From contig CM121341.1 of the NCBI GenBank assembly GCA_051530055.1, positions 17,834,784-17,898,783 of the forward strand: a stretch of DNA of 64,000 nt, in the 5' to 3' direction. Position numbers and translations under genes: made by a program. The notes below the pieces were generated by a model that had not been told where the DNA came from, made no database searches, and was given only the letters and a program-made list of their open reading frames with translations. Of the stretch, positions 36,076 to 49,474 are shown one piece after another. Origin of the DNA: Neoechinorhynchus agilis (taxonomy: Eukaryota > Animalia > Acanthocephala). How positions within the stretch are numbered: position 1 is the first letter of the stretch; every line of letters starts with the position of its first letter.

Positions 36076-38975
36076 ATGCCTCCACCACCGATGACGCCGA
36101 TGCCCGCCCAAAACGAGCCAATCGCACGACCGAGCTTCTCAACAGAATTCTGTGAGGTTTGTGATGGAATTTTCTCCCTGACGAAAACAGGAATTCTTAG
36201 CGACCATGGACCCCGTAATTCACGCTGCGGCGGTTCGGGTTCACCCTCTAAGTCCGTTGATGGTGGTCGCCAAAATCCTATCACATCAGCACAAAATGAA
36301 ATTCCATTTGTAGGGAATATTGTGCGGGTTCTGCTCATGAACGTTCTGAATTGAATCCCAAGGGGTGCGCGATATCAGGCCGCAATGGGATTCAACTCTC
36401 TATTGACAGACTGCATCAAGGCTAACTCAGAGTTGTCGTGGATGCATCTCAAAAGAGCGAATAAGTTCTTTTGACGAAAATTTTACTCAATGCCTTTCAA
36501 TAGCATGCGAGCTACGTAAGGAGTGTATCCAGGAGCGTAGCCACCTCCGAAACTCAAATCGGTCGCTTGCTGGACGCGCTTCTTCGAAGCTCGCAAACGT
36601 AGATGTCAAAGGAGCAATTCATCTTTTATCATCAATAAACAGTCTCGCCAAAAAATGACGAAGAAACTTTAGGAACTCCTCGTTCCAAACATCCTAGTGA
36701 CGGCGGTCGGCAGTTTTCCGTTAAATCTACCTCCTTCGATGCGATCCCCAAGGTTTGTCATCGAAATCAGAATTGAAGATGACAATCTCCTCTTTTGCAA
36801 ACGGATCAGCTCACGGGCTTTACGGGCTCTGTCCCCAACACCTAAAGGATATGACTTCCCTTTCAGTAGGTGACGCTGCCCAGTCCCTTGAAAATGCATT
36901 AGCACGCCTAGTCAACCAATTTGAAGGGGGAGAGTTGATTCCGAAAGCAATTGAGCTATTTTTCGGTGCATCTTTGTGTGCCCTCGCGAAAAAAGAAAGT
37001 GGGATTCGTTCCATTGCAATTGGAACAACGATGAAAACAAAACCGGCTTGCCAGTAAAACTTAAAATAAAATTTGAACAGCTCTGCGCAGCTTAACAGCA
37101 AAAATTTTCAATAAAAGGCTCGCGGAAAAAGTAGGAATGCTGCTTCGCCCTACTAAGGCTGCTGTACAGCTTGTGGCGCAGAGGCGATTGTTCATTCACT
37201 CCGCAGGTTCATCACCGGAAACTCAAAGCCGTGTGTGATCTTGAAATGTGATTTCAAGAATGCACTCAACAGAGTTCAGCGAGCAGATTGGCTCGAAGTA
37301 GTTAGAGATCACGCACCAGAAGCATTTCGCTATTTCGTTAATGCATATGGGACCCCAACACTCTTGTTGTTCAATAACTACGTTTGTTTTCAGAAAGAGG
37401 AGTTCATCAAGGATATCCTTTGGACCCAATTACTTTCTCACTTGCAGTCAATTTCGTCGCGCACTCTCTCCGGTCCAGCTTTAACGGCTGGTACCTGGAT
37501 GATGCCACGCTCGGAGGTAACCCCTCTTTAGTATCGCGCGATTTGGAGACACTTGTGAAGAAGGCGGCGAAAATTGGCATTGAATTGAATGCTGCGAAAT
37601 GCGAGATTTTAGTGATGAACGTGGAAGATGGGGGGTCGAGGCGAACTATCGTGAAAGATTTTCAGAACCGGGCTTCCGGGATAGAGTTGATCACTCTAGA
37701 CCGGTTAAGTCTTCTAGGAAGCTGCATTTTTGTTTCTAATGTTGAAGTAGAGATAGTCAATCTTTAACCGCAATTTTCGATGCTGTGCGAACGAGTTGAT
37801 GAATTTTCTTCACACGAGGCTCTGTTCCTGACCAAGAATACCCTCTTGGTCAGGAACTGCGCACAGCACCTTTTTTTAGACATAAGGTTAAGCTGACAAA
37901 ATTAGACGAGGCGGTGAAAGCGTCTCCCGAGAAATTTTTAAATACTCAGCTGTCGGGCGAGGCCTGGCGTCAAGCGTCCTTGCCTGTGCTGTCTGGCTGT
38001 TTGGATATCCGAAAAGCAGTAGATATTTCTCTATCAGCTTATTTGGGATCGTATGAAGCAGGCCGCAAAATATTTCAATCCGCTCTTGGCGAGAATTACA
38101 CTTTGGATGGAGATTTCGTGGAGGCTCTTAATCTTTATTGTGGAGATTCAGGCAGCGAGCAGGCCCCCGTCAATGGTTGCAAACAATCAGTTTGGGACTC
38201 ACCCACTGTAGCGAGAATTCACAACTCTTTAATTTCAGATTCTCGTGACCGGGTGAACCGAACTCGATTGGCGGCAGTCTCTACAAGAGAATCGGGTACT
38301 TGGCTCAACGCTATCCCAATCGCTTATGTGGGTACCCTTCTCTCCGACGAGACATTAAGGATTGCAGTGTCCCTGAGACTTGGGGTTACAATGTGTACAT
38401 CCCATCGTTGCCGTTGCGGAGCGACCGTGGAACCGCCGGGACACCATGGTCTCGTCTGTCGGCAATTAGGCGGAAGGTACGCCGAAGTGAACGCAATGCT
38501 CTTAGTCGTGCCATGAATACTGTGAATGCACCCAACACCATATTGCCGAGCAATCTTTGCCGACTCGATGGCTGCCGTAGACTGGACGGTGCCACAGAAT
38601 TGCCGTGGCGAGAAGGAAAATGCCTCCTCTGAGCGCAACGTGCGTGGACACGCTCGCAGCCAGCAAAATAAAATTCGCCGCCGTTAAACCAGGGGGAGCA
38701 GCAACCGCCGCTGAGGAACGCAAAAGGACAAAATACCACTGCCTAGATCGAAATCATTATTTTGTTCCCTTTGGTGTCGATACGCTCGGGTCGTTTGGTA
38801 CTGCGGCGCAGGACCTGATCAAGCGATTGTCCAAGCGATTGAGACGAATCACTGGCGATCCAAAATGAGGAGCATTCCTCGTACAAAACATTAGTATGGC
38901 TGTGCAACGGGGGAACGCTGCATCCGTCCTTTGGACTATTACACCAGGACGGCAGCTGAGTGATCCAGAGCGGTA
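36076..38975 (+). mobile_element. Near full-length degenerate CRE-like non-LTR retrotransposon (Zn finger, RT, CCHC, restriction-like endonuclease)
   Basis: CEVC..H, IPRGARYQAA, FFGASLCALAKKESGIRSIAIG, LKCDFKNA, GVHQGYPLDP, WYLDDATLGG, CRCG..GHHGLVC, FVPFGVDTLGSFG, VQRGNAASV. Frameshifted. Confidence 0.9.
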
Positions 38976-39930
38976 GTGTGAATGTTTGTAAATATCATAA
39001 AGTAAATTATTTTGGCATTAAAAATATCCATAAGTGGTCTCATGAAATTTTACGATCAACGGAACAGAGTTATTAGGGTCTAAGATAAATGAAGAGTTTA
39101 GGTTCCAAATCCAGCCATTACACATTAACTGAAGATCATGTAGATCCCATTTCGTTTGTTTATCACATTGATGCGCTTCTTTCTGCATCTTCTTTTTAAA
39201 TTTTAAAGCTGTTATTTGGCGGTTTACTGGCATGTAATTAATTCATAATTTTTGGTACACGATATTCTATTTAAGGAAAGCAAAAATTTTTCTTACCACG
39301 CAGCTCTAAATTAATGTTCCATAGGGGGTTTCGTGAAACTTTGAATTTTTCATATCGCATATATTGTCTGTCATTTAAAATCTGATCTTAAATTAAGATA
39401 TTAAGTGTACTAACTATTTCTGTTGTTTCTGGATGTCATAATTTTTAATAAGCTCATAGTAACGAAATAAAATTCTAAGCACGTTGTTGACCGAAACTGT
39501 GCATTTGCTGAAATTATTACAAAATGAAAAAATGAATACTGTTGTCTTTTCAAAATTGGAAATAAATTAAGACACAAGCAGCTAAGCGACGCTCTGCTTG
39601 TGGCTATTTATCGGTTGCTGTGGCATGTTAAGCAGCAGACCTGAACATCAATTTTTTACAGCATCTTATAATGTGTCTGTAGCCTTGCGGATTTTAAATG
39701 AAACTAAGTAAAAATCGGTTAAACGATTTCGGAAAAACACCTTTAAGCTGATTAATCATAATGACATCAAGATTCATTTACTATAAAGTAAAATGAACCG
39801 CTCGTTTCGGATTACTCACACACACAAAGAGATGAATGTAGATCTTCATTGCCGTAATTTCAAACGCACGCAGCAAACGATCCGAATAATCGACTGATCG
39901 AGATTACTCGCGGTCGCGTTTTACAGTCGT

Positions 39931-41221
39931 TTTAGCTTTTCAGTATTTTATTTGATATATGAATTGCAATCTGGAAGCCTTCAAAATCATTGAATTTACG
40001 AGCGAAAAATCGAGTGTGGCGTTTTTTTAGCAATTCACTTAAAATGCGTTTATCATCTAAAGAGAATAATGTTTAATGAGACACCATGTAAACATTTTCT
40101 CCTTTAAAGTGCGGAACAAGAGTGCCGAACAAGTGCCATTAATGCAACTACTTTCACGGATCCATTTGATGAATCGAAGGTCATCATTTATGAAGCGAAA
40201 TGGGATTTTTGAATATATATACAAAAGATTGCAGTATTAGAAGTATGACAGCGTAATGATTAAGTAAATTTTGCTTATAATAACTAAATGAAAGTGAGGG
40301 ATGCCCCTCATTCTCAAGTCGAAAAACCAGTAAAAGATAGAAGCAATCATTTGTATCCTACTGAATAGATGCATGAAAAAAGGTCTCCATTGGAAATATT
40401 GACAACATACTTCGATACCAGATTACAGATTTATAAACAACGGCGTCCAGTATATGGCTTACAAACCTCGCATGAAGTACAAACCAATCGGATCCAAAAG
40501 GTCGCTTCCCTCCACTGCATAATCCATTTCGGATCTTTATTCTCATTATTCTCCTCTCTTCTTGAAAGTAAAACTCGTCTAAGTGCTGTGGCCTTTGTCT
40601 TAAATGCCACTTGCGAGCGAATCGAATAAAGTTTGTGTTTGGGTACAATGACAAAAAACTTTCCAATTTGTTTATTGACTGTAAAGGAAAATCACTCCCA
40701 CTTAAATTAATAAAAAAATCAAAGTTGTAACGGTCACGAGTATACCGCATTACATCGATTATTAATAACAACATCTGATTACCACCCCAAATTGTTTCCC
40801 TTCTTTTTGGCCAAACAGTGATCTTCTTGTAGACTGTTAAATCTAACAATGATTCGTATAGATCATTGTCTCGTTTGTCGGCATGAATTATTACTTTGCA
40901 CTTAAGACAGCTTTGTACGATTACTTTGGTCAAAAGCCGGATTTGGTTAAAGTTATCTCCATGAACGCAGATCAGGAAAACAATACTGACATTCATTCTT
41001 GATCGTGAAGGTAAGAGATTGACTTCCGGTGGAGTTTGAGTTTTTTCTCCTGATAAGAATTTTAAATAATTTCTTACAACCTCACACAGGCTAACGATCG
41101 TAGTCTCCGATTGAAATTCATTCAAATTAGAAATGTAATGGAGACAGCTCATTCGCTGAGAGAATATAAAAGACAATGTGAGTGATATGTAGAATACAAT
41201 CAAGTCGAAGGTATTCGCCAT
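39931..41221 (-). CDS. GT14 glycosyltransferase, xylosyltransferase (XYLT)-like catalytic domain without the C-terminal domain
   Basis: N-terminal TM, IVFLICVHG, IHADKR, TIWGG, FDFFINLSGSDFPL, GSDWFVL, METFFH. Downstream pieces INDDLRFIKW (~40180) and FFARKF (~40000). First junction is problematic (see findings). Confidence 0.75.
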
Positions 41222-41829
41222 TTCAGAAATTCCATTTTAAAGATACATATCTAAAAATGAATACGAAGACATTAAATTAAATACTGATGAAATGCAACTA
41301 AAACCTACGCCTTTATACGGACTGACATAATGAATGTTAGTGCCGCCCAAAAATAGCCGTATTCCACAGTTAATCATATAAAAAGACTTTTTATTTGTAA
41401 TATTTTGAACTACATCTCTACGAGAAATAGTGGTTTTTTATTAAATTCGAAGTAACGAACTAAACTTTATACATAAAGTGGAGCCATAACTAGTTGCATC
41501 AAAACAATTAGGAGCGGAAAGTTCGTACCGCTTGTTGAGCAGTTCTGTGGTTTCCTAGCTGATTTCCAGTGGCCAAAGACCTGGTGGAACTATCAGTCCG
41601 GTAACATTGAACGCAGCGTCGTTGCTTAAATGCAGAAACGATTATTTCGGTAGTCAATGGCCCTGTGTGCCGATTATCTCGCTTCATTGCGATGGCGATT
41701 AGCTCACTACTTCAGAGAACGTGTTAATATGTGCGAGGTGCGGGGGTTTTACTTAATTCTCTGAATGCGAGATGCAATGACTTAAATGGTAGCTACGTTA
41801 TTTTTATTATGTCTCGCTCTATACAAACG

Positions 41830-42100
41830 TCGACAGAGCACTCCAGAAGCGGTTGAATACGAACAAAGAGAACTTAAACCTATTTAGAATGTTACCAACG
41901 GACCTGATTCGAATCACTCAAATTATTTTCGAGGGCAACCTCTTGCGATATAACAACCGACTTTATAGACAAATCCGTGTACTGTTAATGGGAAACAACC
42001 CTGCTCCAGTCTTGGCATTGATTTTCCCCGATGATTTGGAAATGCTGTGTCTTCCCACATATGACGACGAGCCTAATTTATCTCCGCTATGTGAATGATA
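41830..42100 (+). mobile_element. Penelope-like RT fragment
   Basis: FEGNLLRYNNRLYRQIRVLLMGNNPAPVLA resembles the PLE FNGxxYxQxxGxAMGSPxxPxLA motif. Confidence 0.65.
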
Positions 42101-42128
42101 GGTTGTTCACCTACAGAGAAGATTGTTA

Positions 42129-42235
42129 TAAAGAAATTATTCATTATAGTTTCAGTTTCAATTATCGATGTTTGATACAGAAATAGATTTATCTTGAAAA
42201 TTTTCGGCTTTTTCGTAGGCCTTCTTCAGCCAATC
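42129..42235 (+). repeat. Single arm of hairpin family M3
   Basis: aagaaattattcattatagtttcagtttcaatt...cttcttcagccaat matches 4679-4790. Confidence 0.85.
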
Positions 42236-42505
42236 TACAATTTAAAAGAAGCATTGTCAAATAGTTTATTCGGTAGGACTCGCAAGCTGAGTTTGTAGTC
42301 AGCTTTGTTGCCAACAAAAGTACCTGTTTGCTGGATAATTATGGCTTCCATAGTCACTATGTCGTGTCTTACGTTACTCCTCGCAAGAACCTCGACGCCA
42401 TCAAAATTGATTTCATGCCCACTGCCATTGATGTGAGACACTATCGCCGAGCTCACGTCAGACTTTTTGATAACTGCCCTACTGTGCCCAGCAATCCTTC
42501 TTTTT
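42235..42505 (-). mobile_element. Penelope-like GIY-YIG endonuclease C-terminal fragment
   Basis: LKRRIAGH...SSAIVSHINGSGHEINFDGVEVLAR...MEAIIIQ. Cut off by the satellite. Confidence 0.7.
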
Positions 42506-42509
42506 AGAT

Positions 42510-45500
42510 TGATTTATTTAATAGATAATGTTTTCCAAAAGCGCGTCTAAATAAAAGTAAAGGAAAAAATAGTGGGGTACACAAACGCGTTTTAAAGATT
42601 AGAGTTTTTATCAAATACGTAATGTTTTCCAAAGGCGCGTTTAAATTAAAGTAAAGGAAAAAGAAGTGGGAACACGAGCACTTTCTGAAGTTTAGAGTTT
42701 TTATTAAATGGGTAATGTTTTCCAAAAGTGCATCTTAATTAAAGTAAAGGAAAAAGCAGTGGGGAAACGAACGCGCTTTCAAATTTAGAGTTTTTATTTC
42801 ATAAGTAATGTTTTTCAAAAGCGCGTCTAAATTTAAAGGAAAACGAAGTGGGAATACGAGCGCGTTTTCAAATATCGAATTTTTATTTATTTGGTAATGT
42901 TTTCCAAAAGCGTGTCTAAACTAAAGTAAAGGAAAAAGAAGTGGGGAACACAAACGCGTTTTAAAGTTAAGAGTTTTTATTTAATACGTAATGTTTTCCA
43001 AAGGCGCGTTTAAATTAAAGTAAAGGAAAAAGAGGTGGGAACACGAGCGCATATGTTTTCCATAAGCGCGTCTTAATTAAAGTAAAGGAAAACGAGGTGG
43101 GAATAAGAACACGTTTTAAACTTTGGAGTTTTTATTAAATGGGAAATGTTTTCCAAAAGCGCGTTTAAATCAAAGTAAATAAAGAAGAAGTACGAACACG
43201 AACGCGTTTTCTAATTTCGAGTTTTATTAAATTGGTAATGTTTTCCAAAAGCGCGTCTAAATTAAAGTAAAGGAAAACGAGGTTAGGAATACGAACGCGT
43301 TTTAAAGTTTGGAGTTTTGATTAAATGCGAAATGTTTTCCAAAAGCACGTCTAAATTAAAGTAAAGGAAAAAGAAGTGGGAACACGAACGGGTTTTCAAA
43401 TTTCGAGTTTTTATTTAATAGATAATGTTTTCCAAAAGCGCGTTTAAATCAAAGTAAATAAAAAAGAAGTACGAACACGAACGCGTTTTCTAATTTCGAG
43501 TTTTATTAAATTGGTAATGTTTTCCAAAAGCGCGTCTAAATTAAAGTAAAGGAAAACGAGGTTAGGAATACGAACGCGTTTTAAAGTTTGGAGTTTTGAT
43601 TAAATGCGAAATGTTTTCCAAAAGCACGTCTAAATTAAAGTAAAGGAAAAACAAGTGGGAACACGAACGGGTTTTCAAATTTCGAGTTTTTATTTAATAG
43701 GTAATGTTTTCCAAAAGCGCGTCATAATTAAAGTAAAGGAAAAAGCAGTGGGAACACGAGCGCGTTCTGAAGCTTAGAGTTTTCAATAAATGGGATATGT
43801 TTTCCAGAAGAGCGTCTTAATTAAAGTAACTGAAAAAGAAGTGGGAACACGAACGCGTTTTCTAATTTCGAGTTTTTATTTAATAGATAATGTTTTCCAA
43901 AATCGCGTCTAAATTAAAGTAAAGGAAAAAGAAGTGGGAACACGAACGCGTGTTAAAGTTTAGAGTTTTTATTAAATGGGAAATGTTTTCCAAAATAACG
44001 CCTAAATTAAAGCAAAGGAAAAAGAAGTGGGAACACGAATGCGTTTTCAAACTTCGAGTTTTCATTTAATAGGTGATGTTTTCCACAAGCGCGTCTAAAT
44101 AAAAGTAAAGTAAAAGAGTTTTTTTAATGGGAAATGTATTCCAAAAGCGCGTCTAAATTAAAGCAAAGAAAAAAGAAGTGGTAACACGAACGCTTTTTAA
44201 AGTTTAGTGTTTTTACAAAACGGGTAATGTTTTCCAAATGCGCGTCTAAATTAAAGAAGAGGAAAAAGAAGTGAGAAACCGAACGCGTTTTAAAGTTCAG
44301 AGTTTTTATTAAATGGGCAATGTATTCCAAATGCGCGACTGAATTAAAGCAAAACAAAAAGAAGTGGGAACACGAACGCGTTTTTAAATTTCGAGTTTTT
44401 ATTTAATATGTAATGTTTTCCAAAAGCGCGTCTAAATTAAAGTTAAGGAAAAAGAAGTGGGAAACCGAACGCGTTTTCAAATTTCGATTTTTTATTTAAT
44501 ATGTAACGTTTTCCAATGCGCGTCTAAATTAAAGGAAAAAGAAGAGGCAACACGACCGCGTTTTAAAGTATAGAGTTTTATTAAATGGGCAATGTTTTCC
44601 AAATGCACGTTTAAATTAAAGCAAAGGAAAAAGAAGTGGGAACACGAATGCGTTTTCAAATTTCGATTTTTTATTTAATATGTAACGTTTTCCAACATCG
44701 CGTCAAAATAAAAGTAAAGGAAAAAGCAGTGGGAACACGAACGCGTTTTAGAATTTGGAGTTTTTATTTAATGTGTAAGGTTTTCCAAATGCGCGTCTAA
44801 ATTAAAGTAAAGGAAAAAGAAGTGGAGAACACGAACGCGCCTTAAAGTTTAGAATTTTGATTTAATGGGTAATGTTTTCCAAAAGCGCGACTAAATTAAA
44901 GTAAAGGAAAAAGAAGTGGGAACACGAACGGGTTTTCAAATTTCACGTTTTTATTTAATATGTAATGTTTTCCAAATGAGCGTCTAAATTAAAGTAGAGG
45001 AAAAAGAAGTGGGTAACCGAACGCGTTTTTAAATTTCGAGTTTTTATTTAATAGGCAATGTTTTCCAATGCGCGTTTAAATTAAAGGAAAAAGAAGAGGG
45101 AACACGAACGCGTTTTAAAGTTTAGAGTTTTTATTAAATTGGCAATGTTTCCCAAATGCACGTCTAAATCAAAGCAAGGGAAAAAGAAGTGGGAACATGA
45201 ACGCGTTTTAAAATTTCGAGTTTTTATTTAATATGTAATGTTTTCCAAATGCGCGTCTAAATTAAAAAGTTAAGGAAAAAGAAGAGGGAACACAAACGCG
45301 TTTTAAAGTTTAGAGTTTTTACTTTGATGTGTAATGTTTTGCAAAAGCGCGTCTAAATTAAAGTAGAGGAAAAAGAAGTGGGAAACTGAACGCGTTTTCA
45401 AATTTCGAGTTTATATTTAATATGTAACGTTTTCCAACATCGCGTCTAAATAAAAGTAAAGGAAAGAGAAGTGGGGAACACTAACGCGTTTTAAAGTTTA

Positions 45501-48103
45501 GAGTTTTTATTAAATGGGTAATGTTTTCCAAATGCGCGTCTAAATAAAAGTAAAGGAAAAGTGGGAACACGAACGCGTTTTCAAATTTCGAGTTTGTATT
45601 TAATAGGTAATGTTTTCCAAAAGCGCGTCTAAATTAAAGTAAAGGAAAAAGAAGTGGGAACACGAACGCGTTTTAAAGTTTAGAGTTTTTATTTAATATG
45701 TAATGTTTTCCAAAAGCGCGTCTAAATTAAAGTAAAGGAAAAAGAAGTGGGAAAACGAACGCGTTTTAAAGTTTAGAGTTTTTATTAAATGGGTAATGTT
45801 TTCCAAATGCGCGTCTAAATTAAAGTAAAGGAAAAAGAAGAGGGAACACAAACGCGTTTTAAAGTTTAGAGTTTTTACTTTGATGTGTAATGTTTTGCAA
45901 AAGCGCGTCTAAATTAAAGTAGAGGAAAAAGAAGTGGGAAACTGAACGCGTTTTCAAATTTCGAGTTTTTATTTAATATGTAACGTTTTCCAACATCGCG
46001 TCTAAATAAAAGTAAAGGAAAGAGAAGTGGGGAACACTAACGCGTTTTAAAGTTTAGAGTTTTTATTAAATGGGTAATGTTTTCCAAATGCGCGTCTAAA
46101 TAAAAGTAAAGGAAAAAGAAGTGGGAGCACGAACGCGTTTTCAAATTTCGAGTTTATATTTAGTAGGTAATGTTTTCCGAAAACGCGTCTAAATTAAAGT
46201 TAAGGAAAAAGAAGTGGGAACACGAACGCGTTTTTACATTTCGGATTTTTATTTTATATGTGATGTTTTCAAAAAAGCACGTCTAAATTATAGTAAAGGA
46301 AAAAGAAGAGGGAACACAAACGCGTTTTAAAGTTTAGAGTTTTTACTTTGATGTGTAATGTTTTGCAAAAGCGCGTCTAAATTAAAGTAGAGGAAAAAGA
46401 AGTGGGAAACTGAACGCGTTTTCAAATTTTGAGTTTTTATTTAATATGTAACGTTTTCCAACATCGCGTCTAAATAAAAGTAAAGGAAAGAGAAGTGGGG
46501 AACACTAACGCGTTTTAAAGTTTAGAGTTTTTATTAAATGGGTAATGTTTTCCAAATGCGCGTCTAAATTAAAGCAAAGGAAAAAAGAAGTGGGAACACG
46601 AACGCGTTTTGAAATTTCGAGTTTGTATTTAATAGGTAATGTTTTCCAAAAGCGCGTCAAAATTAAAGTATAGGAAAAAGAAGTGGGAACACGAATGCGT
46701 TTTAAAGTGTAGAGTTTTCACTTAATAGGTAATGTTTTCCAAAAGCGCGTCTAAATTAAAGCAAAGTAAAAAAGAAGTAGGAACACGAACGCGTTTTGAA
46801 ATTTCGAGTTTTTATTTAATAGGTAATGTTTTCCAAAAGCGCATCTAAATTAAAGTAAAGGGAAAAGAAGTGGGAAACCGAACGCGTTTTCAAATTTCGA
46901 GTTTTCATTTAATAGGTAATGTTTTCCAAAAGTGCGTCTAAATAAAAGTAAAAAGAAGAAGGGCACACGAACGCGTTTAAAAGCTTAGAGTTTTTATCAA
47001 ATAGGAATTGTTTTCGAAATGCGCATCCAAATTAAAGTAAAGGAAAAAGAAGTGGGAACACGTACGGGTTTTCAAATTTCGAGTTTTAATTTAATAGATA
47101 ATGTTTTCCAAAAGCGCGTCTAAATTAAAGTAAAGGAAAAAGAAGTGGGAACACGAATGCGTTATAAAATTTCGAGTTTTTATTCAATATGTAATGTTTT
47201 CCAAAAGTGCGTCTAAATTAAAGCAAAGGAAAAAGAAGTGGGAACACGAACGCGCTTTAAGGTTTAGAGTTTTTATTAAACGGGTAATGTTTTCCAAATG
47301 CGCGTCTAAATTAAAGAAATGGAAAAAGAAGTGGGAAACCGAACGCGTTTTAAAGTTTAGAGTTTTTATTAAATGGGTAATGTTTTCCAAATGCGCGTTT
47401 AAATTAAAGTAAAGGAAAAAGACGCGGGAGCACGAACGCGTTTTAAAATTAAGAGTTTGTATTAAATGGTAATGTTTTCCAAATGCGCTTCTAAATTAAA
47501 GTAAAGGAAAAAGAAGTGGAAACACGAACGGGTTTTTAAGTTTAGAGTTATTATTTAATGTGTAATGTTTTCCAAAAGCGCGTTTAAATTAAAGTAAAAG
47601 AAAAAGAAGTTTGGAAAACGAACGTGCTTTAAAGTTTAGATTTTTCATTAAATGGGTAACGTTTTCCAAATGCGCGTCTAAATTAAAGTAAAGGAAAAAG
47701 AAGTGGGAACACGAACGCGTTTTAAAGTTTAGAGTTTTTATTTAATGGGTAATGCTTTCTAAATGCGTGTCTAAATTAAAGTAAAGGAAGAAAAGTCGGA
47801 AACCGAACGCGTTTTAAAATCAAGAGTTTTTATTAAATGGGTAATGTTTTCCAAATGCGCGTCCAAATTAAAGTAAAGGAAAAAGAAGTGGGAAACCGAA
47901 CGCGTTTTCAAATTTCGAGTTTTTATTTAATAGGCAATGTTTTCCAATGCGCGTCTAAATTAAAGGATAAAGAAGTGGGATCACGAATGCGTTTTAAAGT
48001 GTAGAGTTTTTATTAAATGGGAAATTTTTTCCAAAAGCGCGTCTTAATTAAAATAAAGGAAAAAGAAGAGGGAACACGAACGCGTTTTAAAATTTCGAGT
48101 TTT
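42510..48103. repeat. ~93-nt satellite, about 60 copies, with higher-order structure
   Basis: Unit ttttccaaaagcgcgtctaaattaaagtaaaggaaaaagaagtgggaacacgaacgcgttttcaaatttcgagtttttatttaataggtaatg. Confidence 0.98.
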
Positions 48104-48199
48104 GCTTCACTTGGTGCCTGATTTAAAAACCTGCAAAGTCATTAGTAATTACACCTATCGAAAATTGTCATGTTTGCATGTTATCTACGATGGGTGTTA

Positions 48200-49474
48200 A
48201 ATCAATTCACTAAATTTTGTTCAACAAGCATTTAAATATGGCGCTGCGGAAAGCAGTAGCCTAAACAACGTTTTTGCAACAGATTGCAGCGGTGTGGGCG
48301 TTGAGACCGTACCATCTTCTATTTCAACTTGAAACATAGTAGATACGACCAAAATCAACACGGCTGTAAAATGACAGTTCAACACCAATTAAATCGAATT
48401 ATACCTAATCCTATTTAGCTAAATTCTCCACCATTTACTTTCTCATACGGTTTTTCGTCTTCGGGATTTATAAGAGGCTAATATGTACTCGTCTCTTTTC
48501 CCTTTGTTCTTCAAAATAGCTTCCATAACAATTAAAGGACCTAAGATACTTTAAGAAATCTTTAAGTCGGATTTCTTCCATTGTTGTAAAAATATTTTTG
48601 ACCGATCGCTTCAGATCAAATGTCGTACGAAACAAGCTTTTCTTCGATGATTTCTCGTTACATTCGGCATCCAATCAGAAGACTATAAAACTGTGTGCTC
48701 ACAAAATTATTATTTTAGATATTTTTGGTGAAGATCTCTATCTCGCTGTAAGCTGGACAAACATTTAACCTATGATGCTAAATTGCTCATATGATTTTTG
48801 AGTAAAGAGCAAGATGCACAACAGTGAAAGTCCAAATCGCTTATTGTTGATATATTTGATTTCGATTTATAAATCGGGATAAGACGAAAATAGTGTTATG
48901 CCCGCACTCGAAGTAACCCATTTCCGTTTCTTTACATACTAAAAGGTTCAGCAGATCAATCCATTAGAAACGAACCAAAAGATGCAACATAATTTGCGAA
49001 AGGCGATATTAAAAATTCGTGTCCAACACTGATAGTAAAACATATCATGATATTCAATCTGTAAAATTTGCTCCAAAAATAATTTCCAAAGAGGTAATAT
49101 AAAATCAGAAAAATCAATTATTTGCAGTCATTTTATAAGAAATTATGTTGATTCTTGGAGAGTTGGAGACAAGCGATATCAACATGATTTAAACCGTAGC
49201 TAGGTAAGCGAACCCAGGCTAAATCTTTAGCAAGAATTCGTTCAAGACTTTCGTCATCATCATCATCAATATTAGCATCGAGAATCAGTTGCAGTCCTAT
49301 TGACGATGGAATTATTAAAACAATCTTCGGTATTTTGTATATGATTTTCGTGACAGGCAATATGACATAAAGTTTCATGAGTGGTACAAATAAGATAATC
49401 AATTCACCAGCAATCTTTAACCGAAAAAATTCGAACTTCAAGTGCACAGAAAAGGAATCGGCAGGTCGAGACAT
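48200..49474 (-). other. Unresolved putative multi-exon gene fragments
   Basis: Several protein-like stretches with plausible splice sites (DDDDESLERILAKDLAWVRLPSYG; FTTMEEIRLKDFLKYL; FQVEIEDGTVSTPTPL). Could not be assembled or named. Confidence 0.3.

Noticed and set aside
42510-48103. CRISPR-like array or coding ORFs in the satellite
   Set aside because: The whole unit repeats with no unique spacers, and the ORFs are chance products of the repeat.
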